A DNA stretch of 64,000 nt from contig CM052818.1 in NCBI GenBank assembly GCA_028534125.1, positions 19,594,001 through 19,658,000 of the forward strand, in the 5' to 3' direction. This document shows positions 51,416 through 64,000 of the stretch, in pieces. Source of the DNA: Lama glama. Its lineage: Eukaryota. The number at the start of each line of letters is the position of its first letter. Positions within the stretch are counted from its first letter, which is position 1. The notes beneath the pieces are model-generated. The model ran no database searches, was not told the DNA's origin, and saw only the letters and a program-made list of their open reading frames with translations. The position numbers and the translations under genes are program-made.

Positions 51416-51744
51416 TATACTTTGTTATCCTTGAATTGCTTTAAGAAAAAAAAATTTAATAGCTCCCCAAAGTGTTGTAACAACACTCTAATAATAAAAA
51501 GGAAGAAACACCCATAATTTTACCAGCAGAACAGATGAACTGTTTAATTTTTCTTCCCTGGTCCTTTCATGGCCTTGCCTTTATCTGTCATCTTTGAGTG
51601 TGGTCTGCCACTGTTTCTGTTTGTTTTTTGGGGGATGAATAAACTTTAAGATCTTGAACTTTGCAGAGTCCTTATAATTTGGTAAGGACTGGTATGATCC
51701 CAGCATAGCTGCCAAGTGGTCTGAGTCTCACTGTTGGTTTTTAG

Positions 51745-51904
51745 GCATATCATGGAGCATCTAGAAGGCGTCATCAACAAACCAGAGGCGGAGATGTCTC
51801 CACAAGAACTGCAGCTCCATTATTTCAAAATGCATGATTATGACGGCAATAATTTGCTTGACGGCCTAGAACTCTCTACAGCCATCACTCATGTCCATAA
51901 GGAG
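51745..51904 (+). CDS. MCFD2: MCFD2 second coding exon (EF-hand 1), 160 bp
   Basis: Acceptor ttttag|G and donor GAG|GTAGGT. Encodes [53 protein letters not shown]. Confidence 0.98.
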
Positions 51905-53304
51905 GTAGGTCAGGCAGCCGCTCAGTGGGCAGCGTCTTGGAAGGGCTTCCCTTTGGTAATTCAGTCCCCTATCCTGATGACTTCCTCTGTCTTGTGCAGC
52001 AATATTGCTGCTTCTCCTTCTTCTGCTCACCCTCTGCTCTGCCTCTTTTCCTGTTCAGCTGTCGTCACAAAGGGTGACCGGCTGAGGCAAAAGCCCCAGA
52101 GCCCTGTATCTTTAGCAAGTTTCTCAGGCATTTCTGTTGCACATCAGAGGATGAGGACCAGAACCTATAAGGCAGGCCACATTCAAAATGCAGAGCAGGG
52201 GAGAAGGGGTATCGTTTGAGAAGAATGGTGAATCAGAACCAAGGGATCGAGGAACTTGGTGATAATTGAGGGTTTGGGTGACCCTGTGCAGTGCTTGTAG
52301 TTTACAAAGCATTTTCCGGTAAGGTAGAGATCTCCTTTGATCTTTGCAACAGCCTGGGAGTAGGCTGGGACCGGCCTTGTTATTACCTTCATTTTAGAGG
52401 TGAGAAAACTGAAATCCAGATCTTACGTCTCCAAATCTGATGTCTGTCCCTCTCTGGCACACACAGCCTCGAGAGGGGAGGAGAGGCAAAACTGGGGAGG
52501 TGCATGTGTTCACTCTGGCCACCAGGAGAACCGATCTGAGTTTGCTTTGAAGGCGGTGGGGAGTGCAGACAGCTCTGGGCAGGAGGCAGGCATGACTAGC
52601 GTTTGCCGTGGGAGGCAGACTGATGGGTGCGAGGAGAGACTGGCATCAGGGAGAGGAACTGGGGTTTAGCAGCCCTGGTAGGCAAGGATGGCAGTGGCAA
52701 TAGAGGAAAGGGGGCACGCGGAAGTGGCAGAAGAGGAATCAGCCAAGGACGTGAACAGCGTTAGCTCAGTGGTGGGCACCATGAGCCCTGCCACACCTGC
52801 TTCTGGAGCAGAAATGCCTTCACCTCTAAGAGCATAATGGGGTCTACTAGTCGGCAGTGCCTTCTTCCTCTTGTTCTGACCCTGAGATGTTGTTCAGCGT
52901 GGACTGTTTCCACTTCAGCAGAGCTGACCCAGGGAAGGCCTGGGCTGTGAGCTTTTCCTTAAGATGGGTTGTGGGTCCTTGAAATCTGTGAAGCTCAGAA
53001 TTCTGTATAGGCCAGACTCAGCTTTCTGCAATGAACATGTATTACTTTTGTAATGAGAAAAGGATGAAAAGTAATTTTTAAAAGGAATGATCAAGGGCCT
53101 CCATTGATTACATCAGCCTTTTAAGTGGCAAATATCATTTCTAAATTGGGGTATTGTGAATTGACTCTGTATCTGATAGTTCGTGGATTCCTAGAAGTAG
53201 CCACATACTACATTTGAAGGAGTTTTGGGCATTTTGTTTTGGACATTAACCAAGTACTTCCAGTAAAAGGTGCAGCTCATCATTGTCAAATTTGTAACTT
53301 GTAG

Positions 53305-53433
53305 GAAGGGAGTGAACAGGGACAAATGAGCGAAGATGAACTGATCAAGTTAATAGATGGTGTTTTGAGAGACGACGACAAGAACGACGACGGATACATC
53401 GACTATGCCGAGTTTGCAAAGTCACTGCAGTAG
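53305..53433 (+). CDS. MCFD2: MCFD2 last coding exon (EF-hand 2) to the TAG stop; total CDS 438 bp, 145 aa
   Basis: Acceptor ttgtag|GAA. Encodes [42 protein letters not shown]. Not in the ORF track because it is short. Confidence 0.98.
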   Translation, partial: EGSEQGQMSEDELIKLIDGVLRDDDKNDDGYIDYAEFAKSLQ

Positions 53434-54692
53434 GTGGGACTTGGCCACCTCCTGGTTACACGCGAATGTGACCCACTGTAATGTGACTGGACACTTCTGG
53501 TAATGCAAAATAACTCATTTCCAAAGCACTGCTGCGGTATTTTGGGAAAAATCTGTAGCAATTTGTTGACACTGGGGTGAGAAAGAGGAATCAAGAGAAA
53601 TAAAAGAGGAAAAATGGGACATGGTGTGGTCCCCAAGAACTGTTAAATCTCTTATTCGACAAGGGCTTGATTAAAGAATCCTTTTGAGAATATTGGCTAT
53701 TGGAGCTGAGCACTCAGGAACTTGACGGAAATAGTACTTCCAGGCTCTTGGTTTTAATTCATGCTACTTGAAAAGTAAGATGAGCTTTGCCAACTGGACA
53801 CACTTTTCAGTAACAGTGAAGGAGTGGAGTGAATGCCAAATGTTTCCCCTACTGGGTCCTGTTTCTTCAGGTCAACGTGGTCAGTAGCCTGTAAAGTGCT
53901 CTTGGCTTAAAGAATAACTTGCTCTGGGCACTTTGGAAATGGCACACCACTGACCTAAGTCATTAACCTTTTTCAGTTTTTCAATATCTTATAAAACTAC
54001 TGCCACAATCTTAGACTTTCTTTCTTTCATGTCTCTTTCAACCTAGGAGAGACCTCAAATCTAAAAGTGTTCTCTACTTCTAATCATTAGCAAACGTTTT
54101 AGCTTTCTAAATATTTATATTTAACTCTCGTTTCTAGGGTTTTGTTTTTGCAGTTTAGAAACTATTAGGAAATGTAAGGACTTTCTCTCTTCTGCTTGAT
54201 ACAGCAGGGATGAACTAGTAGCCGGTCTAGCCTAAGTGAGAAGTGAAGAGATTCTTTACCAGGCACAGTGATCAACCTGATACACATTAGATTGAGAAGT
54301 GATGTTTAAATGACCTCATCTAGCCTGAATACGTGAATTCTTTTTGATCAGGAAAGATTAGAAAAAGAAGCCAAAAAACTCTTAACAGTGTGAATCTCAA
54401 TAGTAATTGAAATGAGAAGCAGCAACAGGTTTATTGGCTATGACGGAAAGGCTGCGATAAGAAACCTGAAATGATGGTTGAATGGGGAAAAAAAAAAGCT
54501 GCATAAAATTTGCTGTAAGATATATAGAGACTTATTTTCTTTCTTAAAATATTCTTATAAGAAAACATATAAGTATTTGTAAAAATGGTTTCCTGTGGCA
54601 AGTATTTGTGCGATCAAAGCTGAATTGTAAACTATTCTTGTAATATCGAGTTATTTTGAAAGATTTATATAATGAATTCTGGATATATGACC

Positions 54693-54698
54693 AATAAA
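54693..54698 (+). terminator. MCFD2: Candidate MCFD2 polyadenylation signal
   Basis: AATAAA at the end of an AU-rich 3' UTR stretch. Alternative hexamers occur at 53599 and 55754. Confidence 0.5.
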
Positions 54699-55829
54699 AC
54701 TGAAGAAACAAAAGGAAGAGCAGTTGATATTGTCCACGGAGGCTGCTTCTCCTACCACACGAAGGGTTGGTTGGCTTAATGCAGATGTTTACATGTGCCT
54801 TCTCCATCCCAGGTGCTGTGACCTCCCCCAGCTCTACCCTGTTCCTCTCTGCAGGGGTAGATTCCCAGTATTCAAAGTCACTTCCTCCCTTTAGGCATCT
54901 TTTTTCACTCTGAATGAAATCACTTTTTGGACCTTTCTTCTCCGGCCAAGTTCAGATTATGACGGCATTCTCCAGCTTAGGAAAATACGGTGTTTTCTCC
55001 TTGAGTCTGGTGACTATTTTTCCTTTGCCAGAAAATTTAATTAGATAGCGTTACTGAAAGCGTCCCAGGCCCAAGCAAAAAGCGCAGTCTCCTCTGGCTT
55101 TTTGGAAGTGACACTTTGTTCTGCCAGTTGCAAAGTGAGCAAGGGAAGAAATTCCCATTGCCTTCCTACCGACCCCCAGCCCTGCCCAAGACCCTGAATC
55201 TTGCGCTGACCCTTCTCATCCAGAGGAACTTAGATAACAAGTGAGAATGTTCTAGTTTGTGGTGTTAAAAATTACATTGTGGTGTCTCTGTGCCTAAAGC
55301 CTTTTCTATCTTTACTGTTATTTCCTGAGGAAACAATTACTGAGGTTTGACTAATTTTAAGCCATGGTAAGTACTGCTAAATTGCTATTCTTGGAAAGTT
55401 GGGCTAATTAATACTCATCACCATTGTATATAAAGAGCTGTTTCCTTTAGCTAGACCCATAGCATATCCCAACAAGTTTCCCTAAACCTAGAGCAACCAG
55501 ACATCAGTGCTTTTTAATTTTTGTTCAGAATAGCACAGTCCACACCAGTGTTATATATCTACCTACCATTTGTTCATTTGCTGATTTATTTCTTGGGTAT
55601 TAGTTATGTGTTTGTCATCTAACCTCTCTGGTCTAGTTTTTGGATTTCAGTACCTCCTGGAAGAGAGGAAAAAGAGAAAAGCCTTTCATCATAGGCCAGG
55701 CTTCTCTTGAAGATGCTGAGGGGAACACAGAAATATTTTTGCACAGCATCTCCAATAAAAATAAAAGCTAAATTACATTTCAACTTTAAGAGGGAATCCA
55801 TTACATCAAGGACTCAACCAAATATCTAG

Positions 55830-58814
55830 CATTTCACCAGGGAATTAGCAGAAACCATTATGAGACATTATGTCTGAACTTTTTGGACATCAAAAAAAAA
55901 AATACAGGACTTTTGCTTTTGGGAAAATGGAGTAGACACACTTCTCTATTCCTCCAACCAAGCACAACAAAACCCCAGGACATGAGGCACAAAACAAACA
56001 TAGGAGACTCTGAACGGTGGAGAGAAAAAGGCAGACTGGACAGAAGCCTTGGGACCTAAGCAACAACATGGTGGTGAGTTCCCTGTCTTTCTGGTTTTTT
56101 TGTTTGTTTGTCTTTTGCCTCATATATCCCAGACTTGGAGCTAAGGAAGCTGGCAACCCAGAAATGCCAGAAGGCACAGACATAAAAAAGCCCCAATGAA
56201 AACCTGCTCCCTAGCCAATGATGAAGAAAGGGGCAGCTTCACAAGGCAGAACACTTTTAGACAATAAGTACTCTACTCTAGCCAAACACCACTGGGAAAA
56301 CTGTGGCCCTGCCAGCAGAGACTTCCGTCCTTGCCAGCCTGTAATGACGTGCCTCTCCTCCCTATATTTGAAGTGATGCCAGAGGAGGCCAAGTAGGGTG
56401 CTGGGACTTTCATTCTTCCCACCCCCTGGGCAGTACCAAGGCCACCCTCCTGCCCATAGGATCTGTGGAGAACACACAGGGAACCTGGATCTGGAGTGGA
56501 TCTGGAGTTCCACCCTCACCTGAGTCCTCTTCCCCTTCCTTCTGGGTGTGTCAGAGGAGGCCTAGTGGAGGGTCAGGATTTTCCCCACTGCCTGGTGATA
56601 ACAAGGCTACCCCCACCACAGTGTCAGTAGAGACCACGTGGTGAACCCAAACTCCCACCCCGACCTGACAGTAATGAGGAGCTACTGGACTTGTGTTTCA
56701 GTGGAGGCCAAGTGGGGAGTCTAGACTTCTACTCCACTTGTCAGTAACGTCAGCTGGAGTGATGTCATAGAAAACCAGATAAAATGAGCTTGAGTAAGAT
56801 CCAGTTTTGGTGGGTGGGTATAGCTCAGTGATAGAGTGTATGCTTAACATGCACGAGGTCCTGGGTTCAATCCCCAGTACCTCCAATAAATAAATAAATA
56901 ATTGTTTAAAAATCCAGTCTCATTGCATAACAGGAAAATGTCCAGGTGTCAGTTTAAAAAAATCACTTATCATACCAAGAGATAAGATCTCAAACTGAAG
57001 GGAAAAAGCTGCTGATACTGAGGAAGCAGACGCTATCTGTCAAATATCTGTATTAGCTTTTAGGTAATTAGATGGTTTAAAACTATCTGACGAAGATTTT
57101 AAAGCAGTCGTGATAAAAAAATACTTCAAACAATCACAAACATGTATGGAATAAATTTTTAAAACCCAAGTCTCTGTGAAGAGATGGATATTATAAAGAA
57201 GAACCAAATGGAAATGTAGGAACTGGAAAATAAAATAACTGAAATAGAACCTCAGTGTATAGGCTCAGCAGCTGAATGGACAGGACAGAGGAAAGACTCA
57301 GCGAACTGGAAGATAGGGCAATCGATTTTTACCTAGTCTGACCATCAGAGAGAAGGTAGACTCAGGGACCCATGGGACTGTCACAAAAGATCCAACATTC
57401 CTCCTTTCATCAGAGTCCCAGAAGAAGAGGAAAAGAAGATTGGAGCAAAAAAAAAAAAAATCCTCAAAGAAATATGGCTGAAAACCTTGGAGATTTGACA
57501 AAAGACACGAGTCTACCAATTCAAGAAGCTGAGTAAACCCCAAAGAGACTAAACCCAGAGAAACTACACCAAGACTCATCAGAGTCCAACTTCTGAGAAC
57601 CAAAGACAAAGGAAAAAATCTTAAATGTAGCGAGACAGAAACACCTTACCTATAAAGGAAAAACAACTTGAAGAAAAGAACTTTTCTCATCAGAAACCAT
57701 GGAAACCAGAAAGTGCAGGCACACAGTTTTCAAGTACCAAAGAAAAGAGCCCTCAGTCCAGAATCTTATGTCTAGTGAGAAGATCCTCTCTGAGTGATGG
57801 GGAAATCAAGATATTCTCAGACAAAGAAAAATAAAGAGACTTTGTCACCAGTAGATCTCTAAAAAAACAAACAAACAAACAAAATGGCTAAAGGAAGTTC
57901 TTTAAACACAAAGGAAACAATAAAAGAAGGAAACTTAGAACAGCAGGAAGGAAGAACATGGTAAATAAAAATATAGGTAAATAAAACAGACTTTCCTTCT
58001 CTCAAATTTTCTAAATTATGTTGGAGCAGAGATTATAACAGTCTGAGGTGGTTCTAAATGTTTGTAAAGGAAATATGTAAGGCAGTTATACTGCAAATGC
58101 AGGAGGGTAAGATAATGCAAAGGTGAGTTTTCTTTACTTCACTCGGACTGGGGAAATGATGAAAGTGAAGTGGTACAGCCACCCTGAAACACAATGTGGC
58201 AGTTTCTTAAAAACTAAGACTGTAACGACCATATGATTCAGCAGTTGAATTCTTGGACATTTATGTTTGCATGAAAACCTGCCCATGAATGTTCACAGCG
58301 ACTTTATTTGTAACAGGCAAAAAGTGGAAACAACTTAAAAGTCCCTCCACAGGTGACTAAAGAAGCTATAGCACGTCCATACCACGGGACCCTCCTCAGC
58401 AGCCAAAAGGAGCAAACTGTTGATACGGGCAGCAGCCTGGATCTCGTAATAGAGCATTATGCTGAGTGAAGAAAAGCCAGTCCCCAAGGGTTACACACTG
58501 CATGACTCCATTTATATAGGGTTCTGGAAATAACAAAATTACAGAAATGGAAAACAGATTTGTGGTTGCCAAGAATTAAGGAGGGGTTGGGAGCAGGAGA
58601 GGAGTGGGTGTGGCTGTACAAGGGCCACCAGAGGGACCCTTGTGGTAACAGGAATCAATATCCCTGTGGAGGTACTGCATTATAGTTTTGGAAGGTGCTA
58701 CCATTGAGGGTAACGGGGTCAAGGGTACACAGTATCTCCCTATGATTTCTTACAACTCCGTGTGAATTATCTACAATTATCTCAAAATACAAAGTTTAAT
58801 TTAAAAAAAAAAAA
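55830..58814 (+). mobile_element. Old L1 (L1MB/L1MC-like): 5' region, decayed ORF1 and 3' end, with most of ORF2 missing; Vic-1 SINE at about 56810-56905
   Basis: ORF1-like aagaagaaccaaatggaaat..., ttctcatcagaaaccatggaaaccagaa and a 3' end aaagccagtccccaagggttacacactgcatgactccatttatat...aaagtttaatttaaaaaaa. Confidence 0.8.
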
Positions 58815-61171
58815 CGGTGTTGAAAGACATAGGCTTTTCAACACCACAATGGCAATTTTAAACTTAGGACCTTTGGGACTGTGTTAGAACAGGCCTGTTG
58901 CTTGGTGTTAGAGCCCGAGGGGCTGCCCTGGCAGTGCTCACAATTAGAGCCTTCTTTCAGAGACTCAGAGAATTTGCTTTGCTTTGCCAGAAATATTGCA
59001 CTGGGCATTTTCTGTCCGTGAATGTTTAATTGCCTCCCACTGGGTGGCTGGGGAAGAACATACAGGTCATGCTTGCCAAGGCTAAGAGGCCCTGCTGCCC
59101 AGGGTGGGAGAGGGGGTGGTGAGGAAGTCCTTGCACTTCGGTGGAGGAGGTCTGTGGGGCTGGCCTAAGGGGCTGGGCTCCCACAGGACCCAAAAAAACT
59201 GAGTGTCCCTTCCCCCTGGCTGTGGGTACAGCCAAAGAGGAGTGGAGCGGGGATGTGGTGAATCTGAGAGGAGAGACCCAACAGGTGTCCACACTGAGAT
59301 CTTGGGAAGAGACTTGGAGCCTCATGGATGTCAGGGAATCAGTTCAGGCAGTCGTAGGGGTGTCATTCATGGGGCAGGCTCTGGCGCCCGTGAATAAATT
59401 CTATGAGCTCTGTGGGTTGTGAGATGGGAATGGGGTAACCATTTCTCCTCTAATACCCAGGAGTATAATTGCTCTTAAATTACTCACTGTTAATCAAGTT
59501 ATAACCGAATATCCAAGTCGTATGAGAAGTTGCATGCTGTCCTGTGCTTGGGTTTTTTTTTTTTATTATTAATTCTTATTATTTACTGAAGTGTAATTGA
59601 TTCGAAATAATGTATTTTTTTAAATGCCAGATAGATATGGTTTAAAGTAAGATTCCAGTCCCCATCATTCTGCCTGCCTGCCCTCTGCTGGGGTCTGCTC
59701 CTCTTCTACATGGCATTGTTTTGGAGGGGTCCTAGGTTCCACAGACCTAAGTCTGTTTTCTCTTGTCCCCCAGACCACCACCCTGACTTGAGTGCCTGCC
59801 AGGGCTGGGCCTGGAAGGACCACTCAATCAGCGTTTATTGACTCTCTGCCCCTGATGACCCTTTGAATGTCTATTTTAAGATTCTGAGATTTTTTGTTAC
59901 CTTCCCTATTGATCCCCTAAGGTCTCTTGACACAAAACTTGTCATTTGCATGTGCACCACTGGATGGCAGCAGTGTCTCACAGAATGTCCTTTCCTGGCT
60001 TTTGGTATCACATCCAAGGGCTGTTTATCTTTTGAGTCAGTTCTATTTTCTCTCCTGGAAAATTCAAGCTCGCTCCTCCTCCTCATTTCCCTCCACGTGA
60101 GTGGATTTCCCAGACAGAGTCATCACTGCATTATTTTGCTCCTCCAGTGGGAAGGTGGTGAGGAAGAGTGGAAGAGTGTGGGTGGGTGGGTAGACTGTCT
60201 AAGGTCATGTACAAAATGATCTGACAGGTCTGAATGGGAAATTCAATTCCTCCCGGCATTTACCGAGCACCTTCTATGTGTCAGACCTAATGCTACGCTT
60301 CACTTACAGGATACACTGTCCCTGTCACAGATGTGTGGTCAGGTACTGAGAATGAAGGGAAAGAGTAGCTGTGGTCTCTGGGGATGGAGAATGGTTTGGA
60401 GTTGCAGTGCGGAGCCAGTGCTGGTGTGAGTGGTGCTGCCCTAACTGGGCTGTTCACTCCACTTGGAAAATTTAAGTGACAACAGACTCTGATTGCAATG
60501 AAACTAAAATATGTGTGTGGATGAAGCCTTGAAGGTGACATGTAAACATGAAGTCAGTAGATGGATGCAACCGAAGAATGATGGTCGATATGAAATGTTC
60601 TCCATACAAACAACTCTGTCCCATTGCCATAATCTAATTTTTAAAATATAAAACATTAAAAAGCATACAATGGATGATGCTAGTAAGAAGTAGACCCTAA
60701 ACTCGCCCCAGACCTATTACATATGCTATTCTTGGATGAACGGGGTTTGGTGACAGACCTCACCGTAGATTGTGTTCGAGTCACTGAACTTGACAGAAAC
60801 ACAGAACACTTCCATGTGGGGTCAGTGGCTTTGTTTGCTTCAAGGTGGCATAAAAGCCTTTTAATTTTCAAATCCAAGAGGCAGGCAGGTTGACATCAAA
60901 TGCTTCTGCGTATTTCTGAGCGGCAGAGCTGAATCACACGGTCTTTTTAATTGGATGTGACTTGCCCTCCCTTCCACACGATCATTTACATGAGCAAGAT
61001 GAAAGGCTGACTCCTCTTCAAATCCCCCTGTATCAAATGGCCACCAGAAATCACTTTCCAACACATACACACAAATACACAATAAAACCAACAATATCAT
61101 TAAAAAAAAAAGAGTAAGAATTTGAAGAGAATAAAACTGCTCAGACTGAACTACTTTGGGGAAAGGCAGTA

Positions 61172-61412
61172 TTTTTTTAATTTTTTATTGAAGTGTGGTT
61201 GATTTATAATGTTAGTTGCAGGTATACAGTGAAGCAATTCAGTCATACATATACAGATATACATTTTTTCTTTTCAGATTCTTTTCCATTACATATTATA
61301 AGAAACTGAATATCGTTCCCTATGCTATTACAGTAGGTCCTTATTGTTTATCTATTTTATATGTAGTAATGTGTGTCTGTTAATCCCAAACTCCTAATTT
61401 ATCCCTCCCCCA
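61172..61412 (-). mobile_element. Younger L1 3' end
   Basis: ttttttattgaagtgtggttgattt...taatcccaaactcctaatttatccctcccc, flanked by TSD ggggaaaggc(a/t)gtatt. Confidence 0.9.
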
Positions 61413-61590
61413 GGGGAAAGGCTGTATTAACCTTTCCCCAAACAATGAAAGTGGTGACTTGATGGGACAAGGCGGTGGTGCTGCTGTGGACCCAGGAAAC
61501 TCTGAATGGGCCAGAGCAGTGTATGAAATCTAGGCTCTATCAACCTCTGTGTCACTTTGTTCTCTTTTCCTAACACGAATGCCTTCTGAA

Positions 61591-61706
61591 GGGAGGAGGA
61601 TGCAGCTCACCAGTAGAACACGTGCTTAGCATGCACGAGATCCTGGATTCAATCCCCATTAAAAAACAAACAACACCCCCGCCCCCCCCAAAAAGACCCC
61701 AAAACA
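61591..61706 (+). mobile_element. Vic-1-type SINE
   Basis: gcagctcaccagtagaacacgtgcttagcatgcacgagatcctggattcaatcccc, with TSD aatgccttctgaa. Confidence 0.85.
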
Positions 61707-62574
61707 AATGCCTTCTGAAAGCTCTCCACCCTATGGCAGTTGAGTCAGGAGAAGAGGGATTCCTGCCCCCACCCCCTTCATCAGGACGGCACTCCAGGGG
61801 AGCAAGTCCACCCCACAGGGTGCCGCGGTGTGGGGATGGGGGCGGAAAGGCACGGGAATTGATGGGATGCAACCCTCATTGGGAAAATGGGGTAGCTCCA
61901 AAGAGCCAAACTCTGAGGGAAAGACTGGGGTTGGGGCAACTCTGTCAGTGCCCCACACTCTGGAGTCTACATCCTAACCTTAATCCTTAATGCTTGATTC
62001 CAGCAAGCCCTCCAGATGTTACCGAAGCTGAGAAAATCCTCCTGCCCTCATTTCTCCTCAAAAAGTCACAGAAAGCTGAAACCCTAACAGACACGAGAAA
62101 AGCTTGCTTTTAGAAATTTTCATCCTTTTGCAACATGAGCACTAAAGAGAACTCAAATTGGTTTATTTATCATCCAGCCTGGAGGGCAGCACTCTGCAAT
62201 TCGGTTCAGAGAGCATTTTGGAGCATCTCTCAGGAGCCAGTACTGAGTGGGGTCCAGCGTCTCAGACCTGGGGTTTAAACTCTAGTGAAGATTCCAGGAA
62301 TTAGGTGGTCCCTCATAGCCTCAGTTACCTCCTCTGTAAAGTGTGGATAACCTGGTGCCTATTTCATAGGATTGCTGTGGAAACTAAATGTCAAATGTCT
62401 GGCACATTTACTGATAACTGTTCAATAACTTGTATATATCAATATGCTTGTAGGCATGGATTTATTCAATCAAATCTGTTGGATCTCTGAGGACATAAAG
62501 AGGAGTGAGACCCAGTCTCAGCCCTCAAAGAACAGAATATTTAATGAGCTTCTGTGAAGCTGGGAGCTGTATGA

Positions 62575-62649
62575 ATATATATATATATATTATACATATA
62601 TATATATATATATATACATACATATATATATATATACACCCACATATAT
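62575..62649 (+). repeat. Imperfect (TA)n microsatellite
   Basis: Seen directly in the sequence. Confidence 0.95.
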
Positions 62650-64000
62650 TTCACTGATTCTAAAATGTACTTTTTCATATTTTCACATCTTTAATTTGAC
62701 AACACTCTTTCTTGGTGGTGAATGAAAATGAAATAATGATGTGGCTTACAATCAGTGAAATCTTAAGAGTTGGTGAAAAACAGTAATAATTATAAAGACA
62801 GAGCCATCAGCTCAGGATCAATTACTGATCCAGTAATTCCAGTACAGGTGACCCAGGATGCTGTCTTCTCTCCTCGGTTATGTCAGCTCCCCGACTGCCT
62901 TTGGGGAATGGGAGTGGGAGGGGCCCTGGGTGACTGGACTCATCACCTTCTTGGCGGCTGAGCGGAGCAGTACCCAAACCCCAGTGCACAGATAGGTCCC
63001 GCCCCAGAGAAGGTAGTTGGGTCTGTGTAGGGGAACTTCAGCCAGCTCGGTCCTTCCTTGGCCAGGGGATTCTTTGCCTGAGGGTAGCATCTTAGCTGTG
63101 GGCTCGGGAAAGGATCGTTAACAGTAAACCTCAGTTTGCTCCCAAATGCTGCTTGTCCAGGAGCCCACTGAAGCTGTCGCACGCTGGTTAGTGTGAAATC
63201 AGCCACGGTGGGGGCATTTACACCACAGCAATGGGCAAACCCTACCAACCAATGCTTTCCCCTCCTTGAGAGAATCAGTTTACCAGTACATCCTGTGACT
63301 TCTCCGTAGCTGGGTGACCTTGAGGGAGGATGTCATGGAAAAGCACTCTGACTGAGACTCTGTCTTTCCATCTGAAAGGGGATCATTGTATTTCTCACCT
63401 CATGGGGTTGTGGGGTAATAAGTAAGTTCATGAGAAAGCACCTAGCCCAGGGCCAGCCTCCATCAATTTGCAGTTTATTCTTTTACTTTAGAAGGTTTCT
63501 ATAATGTCTTCTCCTTGGGAACTTGCCAGAGAGAGAATGGAATGACATGAACATTCTCCATGAGACAGTACAAGTCTTCATGTGGCTACTTAGCATTTAA
63601 ACAGTGAGGATAATAGTAACGAAATTTACAGAAACTTTGATAGTTTGACTAACTGTATTTAAGGCGGCACAACCTCACGTGATAGACACTGCTATCCCCA
63701 TTCTGCAGATGAGCAAACCAAGTCTCAGAGAAGTGACTTACTCTGTGTTACGTGGCTGGTAAGTAAGGCAGGAACCACAATTTTTGATGTATTTATTTTC
63801 TTCCCCATCTCATCACAACAAAGCTTGTGTGAAGAGCCCTGGTGGGGGTGGATAGTAGGTGGGGGGGGGGGGTAAAACACACTAAACGCCCAGGCCCCAC
63901 AAGGTTGCTGCCCAAAGCTTAAAGTTTAGTTGGAAAACTTAAAACACCCGCGAGGCCATCACTTGGGAAGGATGACAGGGCAGAGTTGCAGAGGCCGCCA

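Noticed and set aside
58816..58845. 10-bp inverted repeat GGTGTTGAAA...TTTCAACACC
   Set aside because: Isolated short hairpin next to an L1 tail, with no other ncRNA features.
1..64000. CRISPR arrays, operons or a novel multi-gene system
   Set aside because: This is a eukaryotic intron/exon locus with known TTC7A-MCFD2 synteny. No repeat-spacer arrays or unexplained coding regions were seen.

Overview
Mammalian genomic DNA, very probably camelid (about a dozen Vic-1-type tRNA-derived SINEs). The window holds two divergent genes, each with its own CpG-island promoter about 14 kb apart. TTC7A (minus strand) is represented by coding exons 1, 2, 4 and 5 and continues off the left edge; exon 3 is absent and almost certainly lies in the 500-N assembly gap at 17163-17662. 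MCFD2 (plus strand) is complete: a non-coding exon 1 plus three coding exons giving a 145-aa EF-hand protein. The rest is intronic or intergenic DNA rich in SINEs, L1/L2 fragments, DNA-transposon MITEs and LTR elements. I see no evidence of a new multi-gene system. The most interesting local signals are an orphan poly(A)-tailed retro-insert with a 14-bp TSD, a composite SINE-L1-SINE inside one 17-bp TSD, a MER41-like solo LTR with two near-miss STAT1 sites upstream of TTC7A, and an overlapping uORF across the TTC7A start codon. Gene and repeat-family names come from recalled sequence, not database searches, and repeat boundaries are approximate unless a TSD is given.
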